Shown: positions 26,917 to 38,203, counted from the first letter of the stretch. The stretch is DNA of 64,000 nt from Neocallimastix sp. 'constans' (GCA_050613775.1 JBODTK010000014.1:1302001-1366000), one strand, 5' to 3'. Translations and numbers: made by a program. Notes: generated by a model not told the origin, from the sequence alone.

Positions 26917-27145
26917 AAGCTCGAAATCCTTATCGACAACTTAGTAGAAATTATAAAGCACGAGGTTCTTTTCGACCACTTTATTAAGAATAATTTTTAA
27001 GTTCGAAATCTTTATCGACAACTCAATAGAATAATTTTAAGTTCGAAATCTTTATCGACAACTTAATAGAATAATTTTAAGTTCGAAATCTTTATCGACA
27101 ACTTAATAGAATATTTTTCAAGCTCGAAATTTTTATCGACCACTT
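26917..27145. repeat. Six ~40-bp tandem repeats in the element B leader, each with a hairpin core
   Basis: Core aagttcgaaatctttatcgacaactt at 26999, 27039 and 27079, with variants at 26917, about 26956 and 27120. Confidence 0.9.
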
Positions 27146-28146
27146 GAATTTTGTAATTTAGTATATTTGTAGTAATAAATTTAGAAGCAAAGTTTTATTT
27201 ATTATTTTCACCTTTCAAAAATTTTTCTTTTTAAACGATAAATATTGTATTGTTATAGCTAATAAAATTATTAATTAATTATAATTATTAAACACAAAAA
27301 ATAATCTTTATTGTCGTACAATCTGATAGTACACACTGTCTGACGTGCAGCTTACCTAATGGTGTCATGCCACGCGTGTGCCACGATTACTATATTCAAT
27401 ATAAAATATAGCAGTTCAGAGCCCACTAGCCCAATTACTATGTAGGATAAACTTAATCCGATAATCTATGTACGGAATAAAAAAAATTTTAAAAGTATTC
27501 AATAATATTTTTATTAACTAATAAAAATTAGCTAAAAACACAATATTTTCAAAGTAAATTAAGATTCTATTACAGGAATTATATAACAAATAAAGTACCA
27601 GTAATAAAGAAAAAAAAATAAAAAAATTTAAATGGCGAAGTTAGCCAAAGTCTGATACTTTATATAATAAAGTGCCTTATAACTAGCACAAAGAAAAATA
27701 AAAAAAAATATAAAAAAAAACAATCTTACGCCTTCGGTGACGTAAGCTCCTTATTCGCCAGTGCTTGGAAAGTACCCGCACCTTCGTGTGTTGAAACGTT
27801 GAAGGCTGAACTATTATTACCGGGTCGGTAACCAAATACCTTCGTCTACTTTCCAATTAATTCCCAAAATAACTATTATCCAATAACCTACTATGAATAA
27901 TAGATATTTTGTTGTTTTCTGGAAATACACTGTATATGAGCTCTATCCGCTCCTTGTTATAATTTACAATCTTTTTTTTTAGAATCTTAATTTTACTTAT
28001 TTTAAAAAAAAAATTTTTTTTTTTTTATATATATATCAAACAAGCGCCATAGGTTAATCAAAGGATTAACGACTTACTTGTTTATCAATATAAAATAAAA
28101 AAAAATTAAACAAAATCTATGTTATTTACTATTATTTCTATTTAAT

Positions 28147-28164
28147 TCCCCGATATCTCCACCA
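28147..28164 (-). promoter_or_regulatory. Primer binding site, probably for tRNA-Ala
   Basis: Minus strand TGGTGGAGATATCGGGGA is complementary to a tRNA 3' end ...UCCCCGAUAUCUCCACCA (an Ala-type ...UCUCCACCA end); it lies 6 nt from the 5' LTR. Confidence 0.8.
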
Positions 28165-28170
28165 TATAAA

Positions 28171-28485
28171 TGTTAAGGTTTTAGAGAATTAAATAAAAAT
28201 AAAGTAAGAAACACAAATTTTATTTATTTATTTATTTATTTTATTTATTTATTTTATTAAATTTATTTGATTTTATTTGATGATTTTTTTAAAAATTGGT
28301 AGCAAAATTTACAACTATTTATACTTTTTTTCAAGGCATAAAAGTTGTTCTTGCCACTAAATTACATTTTATTTTTTTTTTTTTTTTTTTATAAAAACTA
28401 TTAAATTTAAATTGAATTTTATAATCAATTATATAAAATTTAATTATAACAATATAAATAAAATACATTTATAATATTAATAAAA

Positions 28486-28527
<42 letters not shown>

Positions 28528-29017
28528 TATCTAAAATATTACTAATAAGAATTTATTTAATTGGCTATAATTTATATTACAATCTGTTAAAATATTCAAA
28601 TAGAAATAAAAATAATATTCTAATATAAAGGTTTTTAATAAAATAAAATTTTTTTTAATATAAAATAAAACATTTCGATATAAAATTTTATAATAAAAGT
28701 TAAAATATAATATATAAATTTTTAATCATCAATATATAAAAATATTATTAATACAAATTTTCATTATTAATATAAAAATAAAAAAAAATAAGATTTATTA
28801 TTAATATTGCTAATATAAGTTTTAAATATATAAAAATATTACTTTTAAAATATAAGATTTAATATAAAAATATAAAGTTTAATATAATTTTTGATTTAAT
28901 TTTTGATCTTTGGATTTAAAAATTTATTAAAGTACAAAAAATAATAATGTACACATAATGTATTAGAAATAAATCGTAGATTTAATTAAGAATGCATTAT
29001 TTAGTACATTCTTATCA
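28171..29017 (-). repeat. 5' LTR of element B (847 bp)
   Basis: Matches 20908-21813 and is adjacent to the PBS. Confidence 0.95.
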
Positions 29018-29021
29018 AAAA

Positions 29022-29580
29022 TGGTACGTTATTTTTATATATTGTACCTTTTATATGATTTGGGGAAAGCAAGTTGTAAAACTATAAAATAATATATTCT
29101 AATAAAAGAAATAAATAAAAGAATTATAACACAAAATTAATAATAAATTTTAATAAATAATAATGTGTTACTTTTAAGTCTTTATTTTATTTATAAGTTT
29201 TGTTCTTTAAATAAGTACATTTAAATTTATTATAACTTTATTATATCTTTAAATTTATATTTTAATAATAATATTAACCAAAATATCCTAAATATTTATT
29301 CACCCGAATAAATATTTTATAATTCCTATTCTAACTATTATATTCTTTAAAGATATTAAATTATTAAGTTCCTCTTTTGTTAGTATTTTATCTTTCACTT
29401 ATTTTTATACTATAATTTATCTTAATTCTTATTGGTTATCTATTAATTAAAATTATTTTTATTAATATTATAATTTTATATACTAATTAAACCTTATACC
29501 TATTATAATAAAATAACTAAAGAATTATTTATTTTCTTATATTTTTAATAATTTATTCTATTTTAGTGAGTAACGTACCA
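29022..29580. mobile_element. Solo LTR (element A), 559 bp, with perfect 10-bp terminal inverted repeat, 15 bp upstream of the tRNA
   Basis: TGGTACGTTA (29022-29031) / TAACGTACCA (29571-29580), TG...CA ends, flanked by AAAA on both sides. Confidence 0.75.
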
Positions 29581-29595
29581 AAAAATTAATCAAAA

Positions 29596-29666
29596 GGTTC
29601 TATAGTGTAGTGGTAGCACATTAGACTCTGAATCTAATAACCCGAGTTCGAACCTCGGTAGGACCT
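29596..29666 (+). tRNA. tRNA-Gln(CTG), intronless
   Basis: Acceptor GGTTCTA/TAGGACC, anticodon arm TTAGA-CTCTGAA-TCTAA, T arm CCGAG-TTCGAAC-CTCGG; oligo-T Pol III terminator immediately downstream. Confidence 0.96.
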
Positions 29667-29789
29667 AATTTTTTTATTTTTTAAATGTTATAAATAAATA
29701 AAATTTTTTTTTTATAAATAAAATTTTTTTTTATAATTATAAATATATATATATATATATTTTTTTTTACTTTCTGTTATAATGAATTA

Positions 29790-30077
29790 AATAATCCTCT
29801 GTACTTTTTTTTTTTTTTTTTTTTTTTTTAAAGGTATTTTAATATTTGAATATTTGCATTCAAATTTTGGGTTCATAAGAAAATCTTATTGCTTGATTTA
29901 CTACAAATGTTATTTCTAGTCTTGCTTTTGCTAATATATAATAATATGGGATCCAATTCATCTTTTTTTATATTCAATTTTTTGTTAATTTTATCAAAGT
30001 TTTCTCTATCTTTAAAATTTTCAATTAATTCATGATGTTTTAATTATTTTAGAATTATTTATATTATATTTAGTTTA

Positions 30078-30114
<37 letters not shown>

Positions 30115-31420
30115 TGATCCTTTGGATTAATTTTGTAGTCCTATTTGTATTAATTATAATAATTCCAAAAATTTTTTTATTTTCTTTTTTAATTGTGAAA
30201 ACTTTGTATTTAGGTTTTATCTTTATAATAACTTTAGTATTTTTTTTCTGTTATTTTCCCTGTAATTACTATATTATCAACATTAAAATGTTAGTAATAA
30301 ACATAATTTATTATTTTTATATTTACTAAATCAACAATTATCTGTATTGTATTGAATTAATCCAATTTTCTTAAAGAAAACAGGTGTTTTCGTAAGATTT
30401 TCTACAATTGAAGTTTTTATTTCCCATTAGAATATGAATATAAATAATTTCTCATCCTGATTAACATTTAAGTATACAGCTGTAATTTTGAATTGTCTTA
30501 AATTCCAATTATACATCGATGCAATTTGGAATTTTTAGTCTAAAACTATCCATTTCAATTATAGGAGAACAGGTAGGTTCAGAATTTTCATAACATTATT
30601 TTCATAAAAATATTTTGTAATTCCCTGTTTATAATTGCATCTTTCTTTCCATTTGTTGGTATTTTATTTTCTGAATTCATAGCTTCTTCAAAACTCTTTG
30701 AAATTATTGTATGACTATTTATTAATTCTATTTCATTTACCACTTTCATTTTTATACCACCTGAATCTGTTTTCCTTTCAAAATATGATTTATTGACTAA
30801 AGATGTTCCTGTCGAATGAATATCCTAAAACAAAATAAAGCAAAATAAAAAATACCTGGTTTTCTATTCTTTTCAAACTTTCCCTATTTGTATCTGTATT
30901 GAAAAAAAAAACTTTTCATTCAAAAACTTTAAATTCAGATCTATAATCAATTTTTATTTTTTTCTTATTGAAAAATACTTCATTTCCCAATTTTAAAATT
31001 AATTCCCTGATTGTATTGCGTCCATGTATATTTAATAGTTTTTCATCACACAAGATAAAAGATAATTTAGTAGGAATAAGTAATGTTTTCACCCAGTTAT
31101 CTAATATCGATTAATCCCTTTCACCGTGGCCATTTTGTTTGGGAATGATCTGGTGTAGAATAATTAAAATTTAAATTGGGGATGACCTGGTGTAGAATAA
31201 TTAAAATTTAATTTGGGGATGACCTGGTATAGAATAATTAAAATTTAATTCCAATTTTTTTTTTTTTTTTTTTTTTAGAATAATCTATATAAAGATGTTA
31301 TTATATTTTAAATTCCTATCAGATCCAAACATACAAAAATAATTTGATTTCCATTCATTACCTATGTAAAAAAAAAGGGGGGCTTTTAATTAGTAATGGG
31401 AAATGTGCAACAATAAAGAT
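29790..31420 (-). mobile_element. Heavily degenerate Ty1/Copia pol remnant (integrase then RT)
   Basis: Manual translation across frameshifts: GIKF/NYSIPGHP..QNGHGER (integrase PQQNG-type motif), WNLRQFKITAVYLN (RT), ...TRNNI..., IQILKYLK; integrase upstream of RT is the Copia order. Limits approximate. Confidence 0.65.
31140..31250. repeat. 37-bp unit x3 tandem repeat inside the Copia integrase remnant
   Basis: tggg(a/g)atga(t/c)ctggt(g/a)tagaataattaaaatttaa at 31140, 31177 and 31214. Confidence 0.9.
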
Positions 31421-32425
31421 TCCAAATATTTAAAAATAATAGACTAATTACTATCATCTATAGAAATGATGAAAAACCTTTTTATTTTAAATACATGCTC
31501 AAAAAAAAAATATAGATTATAATATAAACAAAAAAAAATATTATAAAGTTTTTTTTTTCTTTAAAAAAAGAATACATAAATAAAATAAATACATAATATG
31601 TATTATTAAAATATCATAAAATTATTTATTATTATAATTATAATAAAAGGTATTCCAACTTTCAGTAGTTCAATAAATATTGAAGTAAGGTCTTGTATAT
31701 TGTAATCGTAGTATGAATGAGTTAAACGTAAAACACATTGTATATGAAATAAGTTCCATAATGAACTAGGAAAGGATGAGAAATCTGTTGTATGTAAATA
31801 AGTATTAAGAATAACTAATTAATAATTAATATTAGTTGAAAAAATGGAAAAAACTTCGGAGAGATTTGTATTGATTGGTGTTACTCTTAATTTATATATT
31901 TATGGAAAATATACCTTTTAAAAATTTTGAAGATTGAGAGTATTTTTATTAAATTATAATTTATTTATTTATTATATAAAATTTAAAAAATAATATGCTT
32001 CATATAAATAATTTTTTTTTTTTTTTTTTAAAAAAAAAAATATTATACAATATTATTTAGTCATATCATTGGATAATCATAATATATTATATTTTAAAAA
32101 GTCTAAAGAATATAAAAATATTATCACCTTCATTAAAGTATTAAAAAATTTTAAAGTAGTAAATAACATGTGTAGAAAAATTATAAATAATTTAATTTTA
32201 ATAATTTTTTATAATTAATCAAAAGATATTCTTCTCTATATAAAATTTTCCATGTCTATAATTAAGATAAGTATATGTTTAAAATAATTTTTTAATTTTA
32301 ATTAAAATTCTGTGGAATATTTGAATTATTTTAACTACTTTAGTTATTATTATTTAATAGTTATGATACTAATATTAATAGAAATATTCTTTCTAAAAAA
32401 TTGTAAAAAGCTCAAAAAAGAAATA

Positions 32426-32466
<41 letters not shown>

Positions 32467-32491
32467 ATTTATTGTAAAAAAATATTGGTAC

Positions 32492-32628
32492 ATATATATA
32501 TTTTTAATTATTTAATAGTTTGTCATTTAACTTTGATTTTATCAATGTTAACATTTTTACTAATTTCTTATTATATATATTTTTAATTATTTAATAGTTT
32601 GTCATTTAACTTTGATTTTATCAATGTT
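32492..32628. repeat. Short tandem duplication (period about 79 bp)
   Basis: tttttaattatttaatagtttgtcatttaactttgattttatcaatgtt occurs at 32501 and 32580. Confidence 0.85.
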
Positions 32629-34707
32629 GACTTTATACATATATATATATATATATTTTAGTTATTTGTGAGCTTGTTTCATAGCAATAACAGTAGAAGC
32701 AGTATTTCTTAAATTTTCAGTAGTAAATAAGGTTTTGTTACATCAACTGATCTCTTTGTTATTCATACCTTTAAAGTTTATTTATTTAACCAAATATATA
32801 TTTTATTATATTTATATTATTTATGTTATATAAATAATTTATTATATACATATATATATAATTTATTTTTATAAATGATTTGTATTATGAAATATCTTTA
32901 TTTTATTAAAAAAATATAAATTTAATAATTATTTTGTAATATATTATTATTATTATTATTATATTAATTATATATTATTCTTTCATCTTTTCATTACTAA
33001 AAAAAGAAAATTTTAAATTATTTAGTAAATAATAAGTGAAGATAAATATGAATCAAAGGAGATGATGAACTATTTATTTATTTAACTATTTATTTATTTA
33101 ACTATTTATTTATTTATTATTTATTTATCTGTTTAATTATTTAATTATTTATTTAATTATTAATTTATTATTTAATACTTTATATTTTTTATTTAATATT
33201 TTGTACATATTATTTATTATTTATTATTTATTATTTATTATTTATTATTTATTATTTATTATTTATTATTTATTATTTATTATTTATTATTTATTTATTA
33301 TTTATTTATTATTTATTTATTTATTTATTATTTACTATCTATTATTCAATTATTCAATTATTTATTAATAAATATTATTTTTTGTTGTTTTATTATTATT
33401 TCCATATTTTATTTTATTTTATGTTATTTTATTTTATTTTAATTTTCTACTTTTACTATTACATGATTACATGATTACTTTTTTATTTCATTTTTAAAAT
33501 TTTAATTTTTTTATTTTTGTTTTATTTTTATTATATAAATTTATTTATTTATTTTTTTGTAAAAAAAAATTTTTTATTTTTTAAAAAAAAAAATGGACCT
33601 AAAAAATTTTTTTTATTTTTTAATGAATAAAATTTGAAATAATATTTTTTTTTTTTTATGGATTTTAATTATTTTAAATATTTTATTTTATTAATAAATT
33701 TTATTTACAATTATAATTATAAATATACTTTTAAATATATATATATATATTTTTTTTAGCTGTTTATTAATGTCAAATAATATTTTCAAAAAAAAGAAAA
33801 AAATTTTCATTATTAATATTAAGAATTCAAATCAATATCAAGAAGAATCATTTTAAATATAACAAACATGAAACTAAATGTTTCTTCTAAAAATAAAAAA
33901 ATAATAATAATAATAATAAAAGGGATAATGATTTTTTAATTATTTAATTTTAAAAATTAAACAAAATTAATAACTTTTTTTTTCTTTTAATAAATTCTAT
34001 AAATTCTTATCATAATAATTCATGTTGTTCATCTCCTATATTAATAATATATTCTCTGATGGAATAATTAATATAGACATAAAATATTCTAATATATAAA
34101 AAATATGATAAAATTAATATCATAAAAAAGTAATATGGATATAAGAAAATCCTTTTTTTTAAAAATATCTTATATTTTTAGTTCTTCTTTACTTTGATAG
34201 ATATAAATTATAATGGCATATAGATAAATAAATAAAAAAAAAAAAAAAAAGAACTAACAAAGCTTTTGAAATTTAATAAAAAAATTTATAAATATATTTA
34301 ATATATTTAATACAGTATATTGAAAATAAATTAATTTTTTTTATTTAATTTTTTTTTTTAAAAATAAATTTGGAAAAAAGGAAATAAATAAAAAAAAGTT
34401 TATATAAAGTCTTTTAATTTTTTTTTTTTTTTTTTTTTTATTTCACTATCTCTCTTTTTTTTATTTTACTATCTCTTTCTTATTTTTTTTATATTATATT
34501 TAAAAAAAAAAAAAAAAGTATAAATTTTATATATATCTTTATTTTTATTTTTATTTTATATTATTTTATTTTATTTTATTTTTATTTTTATTTTTATTTT
34601 ATTTTAAAAATATATAACATAACAATAAATATATATTATTATATAAAATTATTTAACAATTTTTTTTTTTTTTGTAATTAAAAAAAAATGATAATAATAT
34701 AGTTAAT

Positions 34708-37476
34708 ATGGATTCAATTAATGATTTCAATGAAGAAAAAGACTTTAAACTTGTAAAACAATTTGAAATTAAAAGAAATTCAAAAAAATTTTCAAATTAC
34801 CTTATCAAAAATAAAATTAATGTGGAGGTCTTTAATCATTATCTATTAAATGAATATTCTCTTTCAGTAGACTCAGACATTAGTGATGGTGAAATCATTA
34901 AATTATTAATTCAATATGCTGAAAAATATCATATCTTATTGGATTACAAGTATCTACTTTTAGAAGGTGTCAGTAACAACACTGTTGAAACGGTTAAACA
35001 GTTAGAAGATTATGCTAATAGAAATGAAATTGTTATGGAAGTTAATACAAAAAATAATAGTGGATATTCCCTACTTCTATTAGCCATCATTAATAATAAT
35101 ATCGACATGGTTCAATTTTTAATAGACTATGCTAATAAACATACTACTATTTTGGAAATAAATGAGAAAAGCAAAAATAAAAAATATCCACTTCTAGCCG
35201 CTGCTAATAAGAATAATTTTGAAATAATGAAACTCTTAGTAGATTATACTAATAAAAATAATATTATTTTGGATATTACAGGAAAAGAAAATGAATATGG
35301 ATACTCTCCACTTTTGGTCGGTGCCCTTAATAATAATATGAAAATAGTTCAGCTGTTAGTATCTTATGCTGAGAAAAATAATATTAACTTGAATATTAAT
35401 GAAAAGGATAATGAAAACTGTTATCCATTTCTAGCTGCCATGATTAATAATAACATGAAAATGGTTAAATTATTAATAGATTACGCCAATAATAATAGTA
35501 TTATCTTAGATATTAATACTAAAGAGAACGAAAATGGAAATTATCCCTTTTTGTTGGCAGTTAAGAAGAATAATATTAAAATGATTGAATTGCTAAAAGA
35601 TTACTCCAGCATAAATAATATTATTTTGTATACTAATATTAAGGATAATGAGGAAAATTATCCACTTTTAGTCGCCGTTAAGCAGAATAATATTGAAATA
35701 ATTAGATTATTAATAAATTATGCCCATATCAATAATACCTCTTTGTATATTAATGCAAAAAACAATGATGATGATTATCCAGTTTTGATGGCATCTCTCA
35801 ATGATAACATTGAAATAGTTAAATTGTTAATCGCATATGCCAATGAAAAAGGTATCATTTTAAAAATTAGTGAGAAAAACAAAAATTGTCAATATCCTCT
35901 CTTAGTTTCCACTTACAAAAATAATTTCGAGCTGGTTAAACTATTAATCGATTATGCTGATAAAAATGATATTGCTTTGGAGATCTCCGAAAAAGAGAAG
36001 GAACATGGGTATTTCCCACTTTTGGTGGCCACATTTAATAATAATACTGATATGGTTCAACTGTTAATAGATTATGCCAATAAAAATGATCTTATTTTGC
36101 CAATTAATGAAAAAGATAACAATGGATATTATCCATTTTTATTATCTACTTTGAAGAATAATACTGAAATAACTCAGCTATTAATCGATTATGCCAATAG
36201 TAATCATCTTATTTTGGATATTAATGCGAAAGAAAATGAAAATGGCTTCTACCCAATTCTGTTTACCATTATGAATAAGCACACTGAAATGTTTAACTTA
36301 ATAATGGATTATGCTAATAAGCATAGTATCAAATTAGAGTTGAATGAGAAGGACAAAAATGGAAATTATCCTCTTTTAACAATCATTAGACAAAATAATA
36401 CCGACAAGTTTAAATTATTCATAGACTACGCTAATCAAAATAATATTATTTTGGAAATTAGGAGAAAAAACAAAAAAAGACAATATCCAGTTTTAGCAGC
36501 CATTATAAATAATAACATTGAAATAATTAAAATACTGTTAGATTATGCAGAGAAAAATAATATTAATTTGGATATTAATGCAAAAGATGATGAATATGGA
36601 TACAATCCTCTTATATTTGCCATTAAGAAAAACAATTTTGATATGGTGAAATTATTACTTGAATATGCCAGTAAAAATAATATTGTTATAGATGTTAATG
36701 TAAAGGAAAAAAAATACGGATTATATCCTCTCTTAATTGCCTTTACTCTTAACAATATTAAACTAGTTAACCTATTAATTGACTATGCCAATAAAAATGA
36801 CATCATTTTGAAATTAAATGAAAAAAACAAGAAAGGTAACTATCCTCTCTTAATCGCAATAAATATGAATAATACTGAATTGGTTAGATTACTGATATGT
36901 TATGCCAATGAAAAGGATATCACGTTGGATTTAAATGAAAAAAATGATTCCGGAAGTTTTCCCCTTCTTCTTGCTATTGAAAAGAAAAATGATGACGTTG
37001 TTAAACTATTGATAGATTATGCCAATGAACATAAAATTACCATTGATGTTAATTCCAAGGAAAATGAATATAGCAATTATCCCCTTTTGGCCGCAACCAT
37101 TACTAATAATATTGAAATAATTGACTTATTAATCAATTATTCCAACGAAAATGAAATTATTTTGAATATTAATGAAAAGGATAGTGATGGAGATTATCCG
37201 ATGTTAATAGCCGTTAAACAAGATAATTTTAATCTGGTTAAATTATTAATAGATTATGCTAAGAGTAGAAATATGAATATTGAATTAAAAGCAAAAAATA
37301 AGGAAGAATGCCATCCACTTTTAGCTGCTATGAATAAGAAAAATAATAAAATCATAAATTTATTAAAAGATTATGCCAGTAAAAACAATATTAATTTAGA
37401 GAGTAATCATGAAAAAGAAATCAGACATAAAAATTCATTTCTAATAGGAAAATTAAGGAGCATTTTAAATTATTAA
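34708..37476 (+). CDS. Intronless ankyrin-repeat protein, 922 aa, about 20 elongated 40-41-aa repeats
   Basis: Recurrent G-x-YPLL-x-A-xx-NN-x-E(I/M)VKLLIDYA-x5-I-x-L-x-INEK unit. Confidence 0.92.
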   Translation: MDSINDFNEEKDFKLVKQFEIKRNSKKFSNYLIKNKINVEVFNHYLLNEYSLSVDSDISDGEIIKLLIQYAEKYHILLDYKYLLLEGVSNNTVETVKQLEDYANRNEIVMEVNTKNNSGYSLLLLAIINNNIDMVQFLIDYANKHTTILEINEKSKNKKYPLLAAANKNNFEIMKLLVDYTNKNNIILDITGKENEYGYSPLLVGALNNNMKIVQLLVSYAEKNNINLNINEKDNENCYPFLAAMINNNMKMVKLLIDYANNNSIILDINTKENENGNYPFLLAVKKNNIKMIELLKDYSSINNIILYTNIKDNEENYPLLVAVKQNNIEIIRLLINYAHINNTSLYINAKNNDDDYPVLMASLNDNIEIVKLLIAYANEKGIILKISEKNKNCQYPLLVSTYKNNFELVKLLIDYADKNDIALEISEKEKEHGYFPLLVATFNNNTDMVQLLIDYANKNDLILPINEKDNNGYYPFLLSTLKNNTEITQLLIDYANSNHLILDINAKENENGFYPILFTIMNKHTEMFNLIMDYANKHSIKLELNEKDKNGNYPLLTIIRQNNTDKFKLFIDYANQNNIILEIRRKNKKRQYPVLAAIINNNIEIIKILLDYAEKNNINLDINAKDDEYGYNPLIFAIKKNNFDMVKLLLEYASKNNIVIDVNVKEKKYGLYPLLIAFTLNNIKLVNLLIDYANKNDIILKLNEKNKKGNYPLLIAINMNNTELVRLLICYANEKDITLDLNEKNDSGSFPLLLAIEKKNDDVVKLLIDYANEHKITIDVNSKENEYSNYPLLAATITNNIEIIDLLINYSNENEIILNINEKDSDGDYPMLIAVKQDNFNLVKLLIDYAKSRNMNIELKAKNKEECHPLLAAMNKKNNKIINLLKDYASKNNINLESNHEKEIRHKNSFLIGKLRSILNY

Positions 37477-37479
37477 TAA

Positions 37480-37516
<37 letters not shown>

Positions 37517-37567
37517 TTATTTTTAATGTCATAAAAAAAAAAAAAAAGATCATAAATATATAAATTC

Positions 37568-37805
37568 TTTTCATTTTTCTTTCAGCCGAATAACCATAAA
37601 TAAATTTTGAAATAGTTGAACTTTTAATGAATTTTTGTTAATAAAAAAGAAGGTATTATTAGTATTATTTTTTCATTGACTAAATATTTATTATTTTCAT
37701 TTTTCTTTCAGTCATATAACCATAAATAAATTTTGAAATAGTTGAACTTTTAATGAATTTTTGTTAATAAAAAAGAAGGTATTATTAGTATTATTTTTCA
37801 TTGAC
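37568..37805 (+). pseudogene. Duplicated decayed ankyrin repeat just 3' of the ankyrin gene (period about 126 bp)
   Basis: Both copies translate to ...NFEIVELLMNF... and contain stops. Confidence 0.65.
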
Positions 37806-37857
37806 AACATTTTAATTAAAGAATTATTAGTATTATATTAAAAATAAATATAAAAAA

Positions 37858-37890
<33 letters not shown>

Positions 37891-37894
37891 TAAT

Positions 37895-37916
37895 CTAACC
37901 CTAACCCTAACCCTAA
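37895..37916. repeat. Interstitial telomere-like (CCCTAA)3+
   Basis: ctaaccctaaccctaaccctaa following a poly-A run. Confidence 0.8.
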
Positions 37917-38203
37917 TATATATATAAATAAATGAATGAATAAATAAATAAAAATTCAAAATAATTTTTTTAAATTTTTTTTAATTATATTTTATAATTA
38001 ATTATAGATATTTTTTAAAATAAAATAATTATTTACAATATTTAATTATAAAAATAAATTTAATTATAAAGATATATTTTAATATTTTGTAAAAAATAAT
38101 ATTATAACAATATTTTAATTATAAAAATATTATTTTTAAAATAATAAAATTTTATCATAAAAATATTTAATTTTATTTATTTATTTATTTATTTAATAAT
38201 TCA

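Larger units (their letters stand above)
20908..29017 (-). mobile_element. Full-length, apparently intact Ty3/Gypsy LTR retrotransposon (element B), 8.1 kb, 4-bp TSD AAAA
   Basis: Two highly similar LTRs (TGTTAAG...CTTATCA), PBS, open gag and pol in the order PR-RT-RH-IN; AAAA at 20904-20907 and 29018-29021. Confidence 0.97.

Noticed and set aside
26917..27145. CRISPR-like look of the palindromic 40-bp array
   Set aside because: Spacers are short and nearly identical, there are no cas genes, and the array lies inside a eukaryotic retrotransposon leader.
27721..27860. Hammerhead or HDV-type ribozyme in the Gypsy leader
   Set aside because: No CUGANGA...GAAA core in the correct order on either strand, and no nested double pseudoknot found by eye.
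31140..31250. 37-bp x3 repeat as a CRISPR or regulatory array
   Set aside because: No unique spacers; it is a triplication of the Copia integrase segment encoding roughly NYSIPGHP.
32660..32770. Exon-like island on the minus strand (...LFTTENLRNTASTVIAMKQAHK*)
   Set aside because: In-frame stop upstream and no recognisable homology or partner exons; cannot be supported as a gene.
37895..37916. True chromosome end
   Set aside because: Only about 3.5 units, with ordinary genes on both sides.
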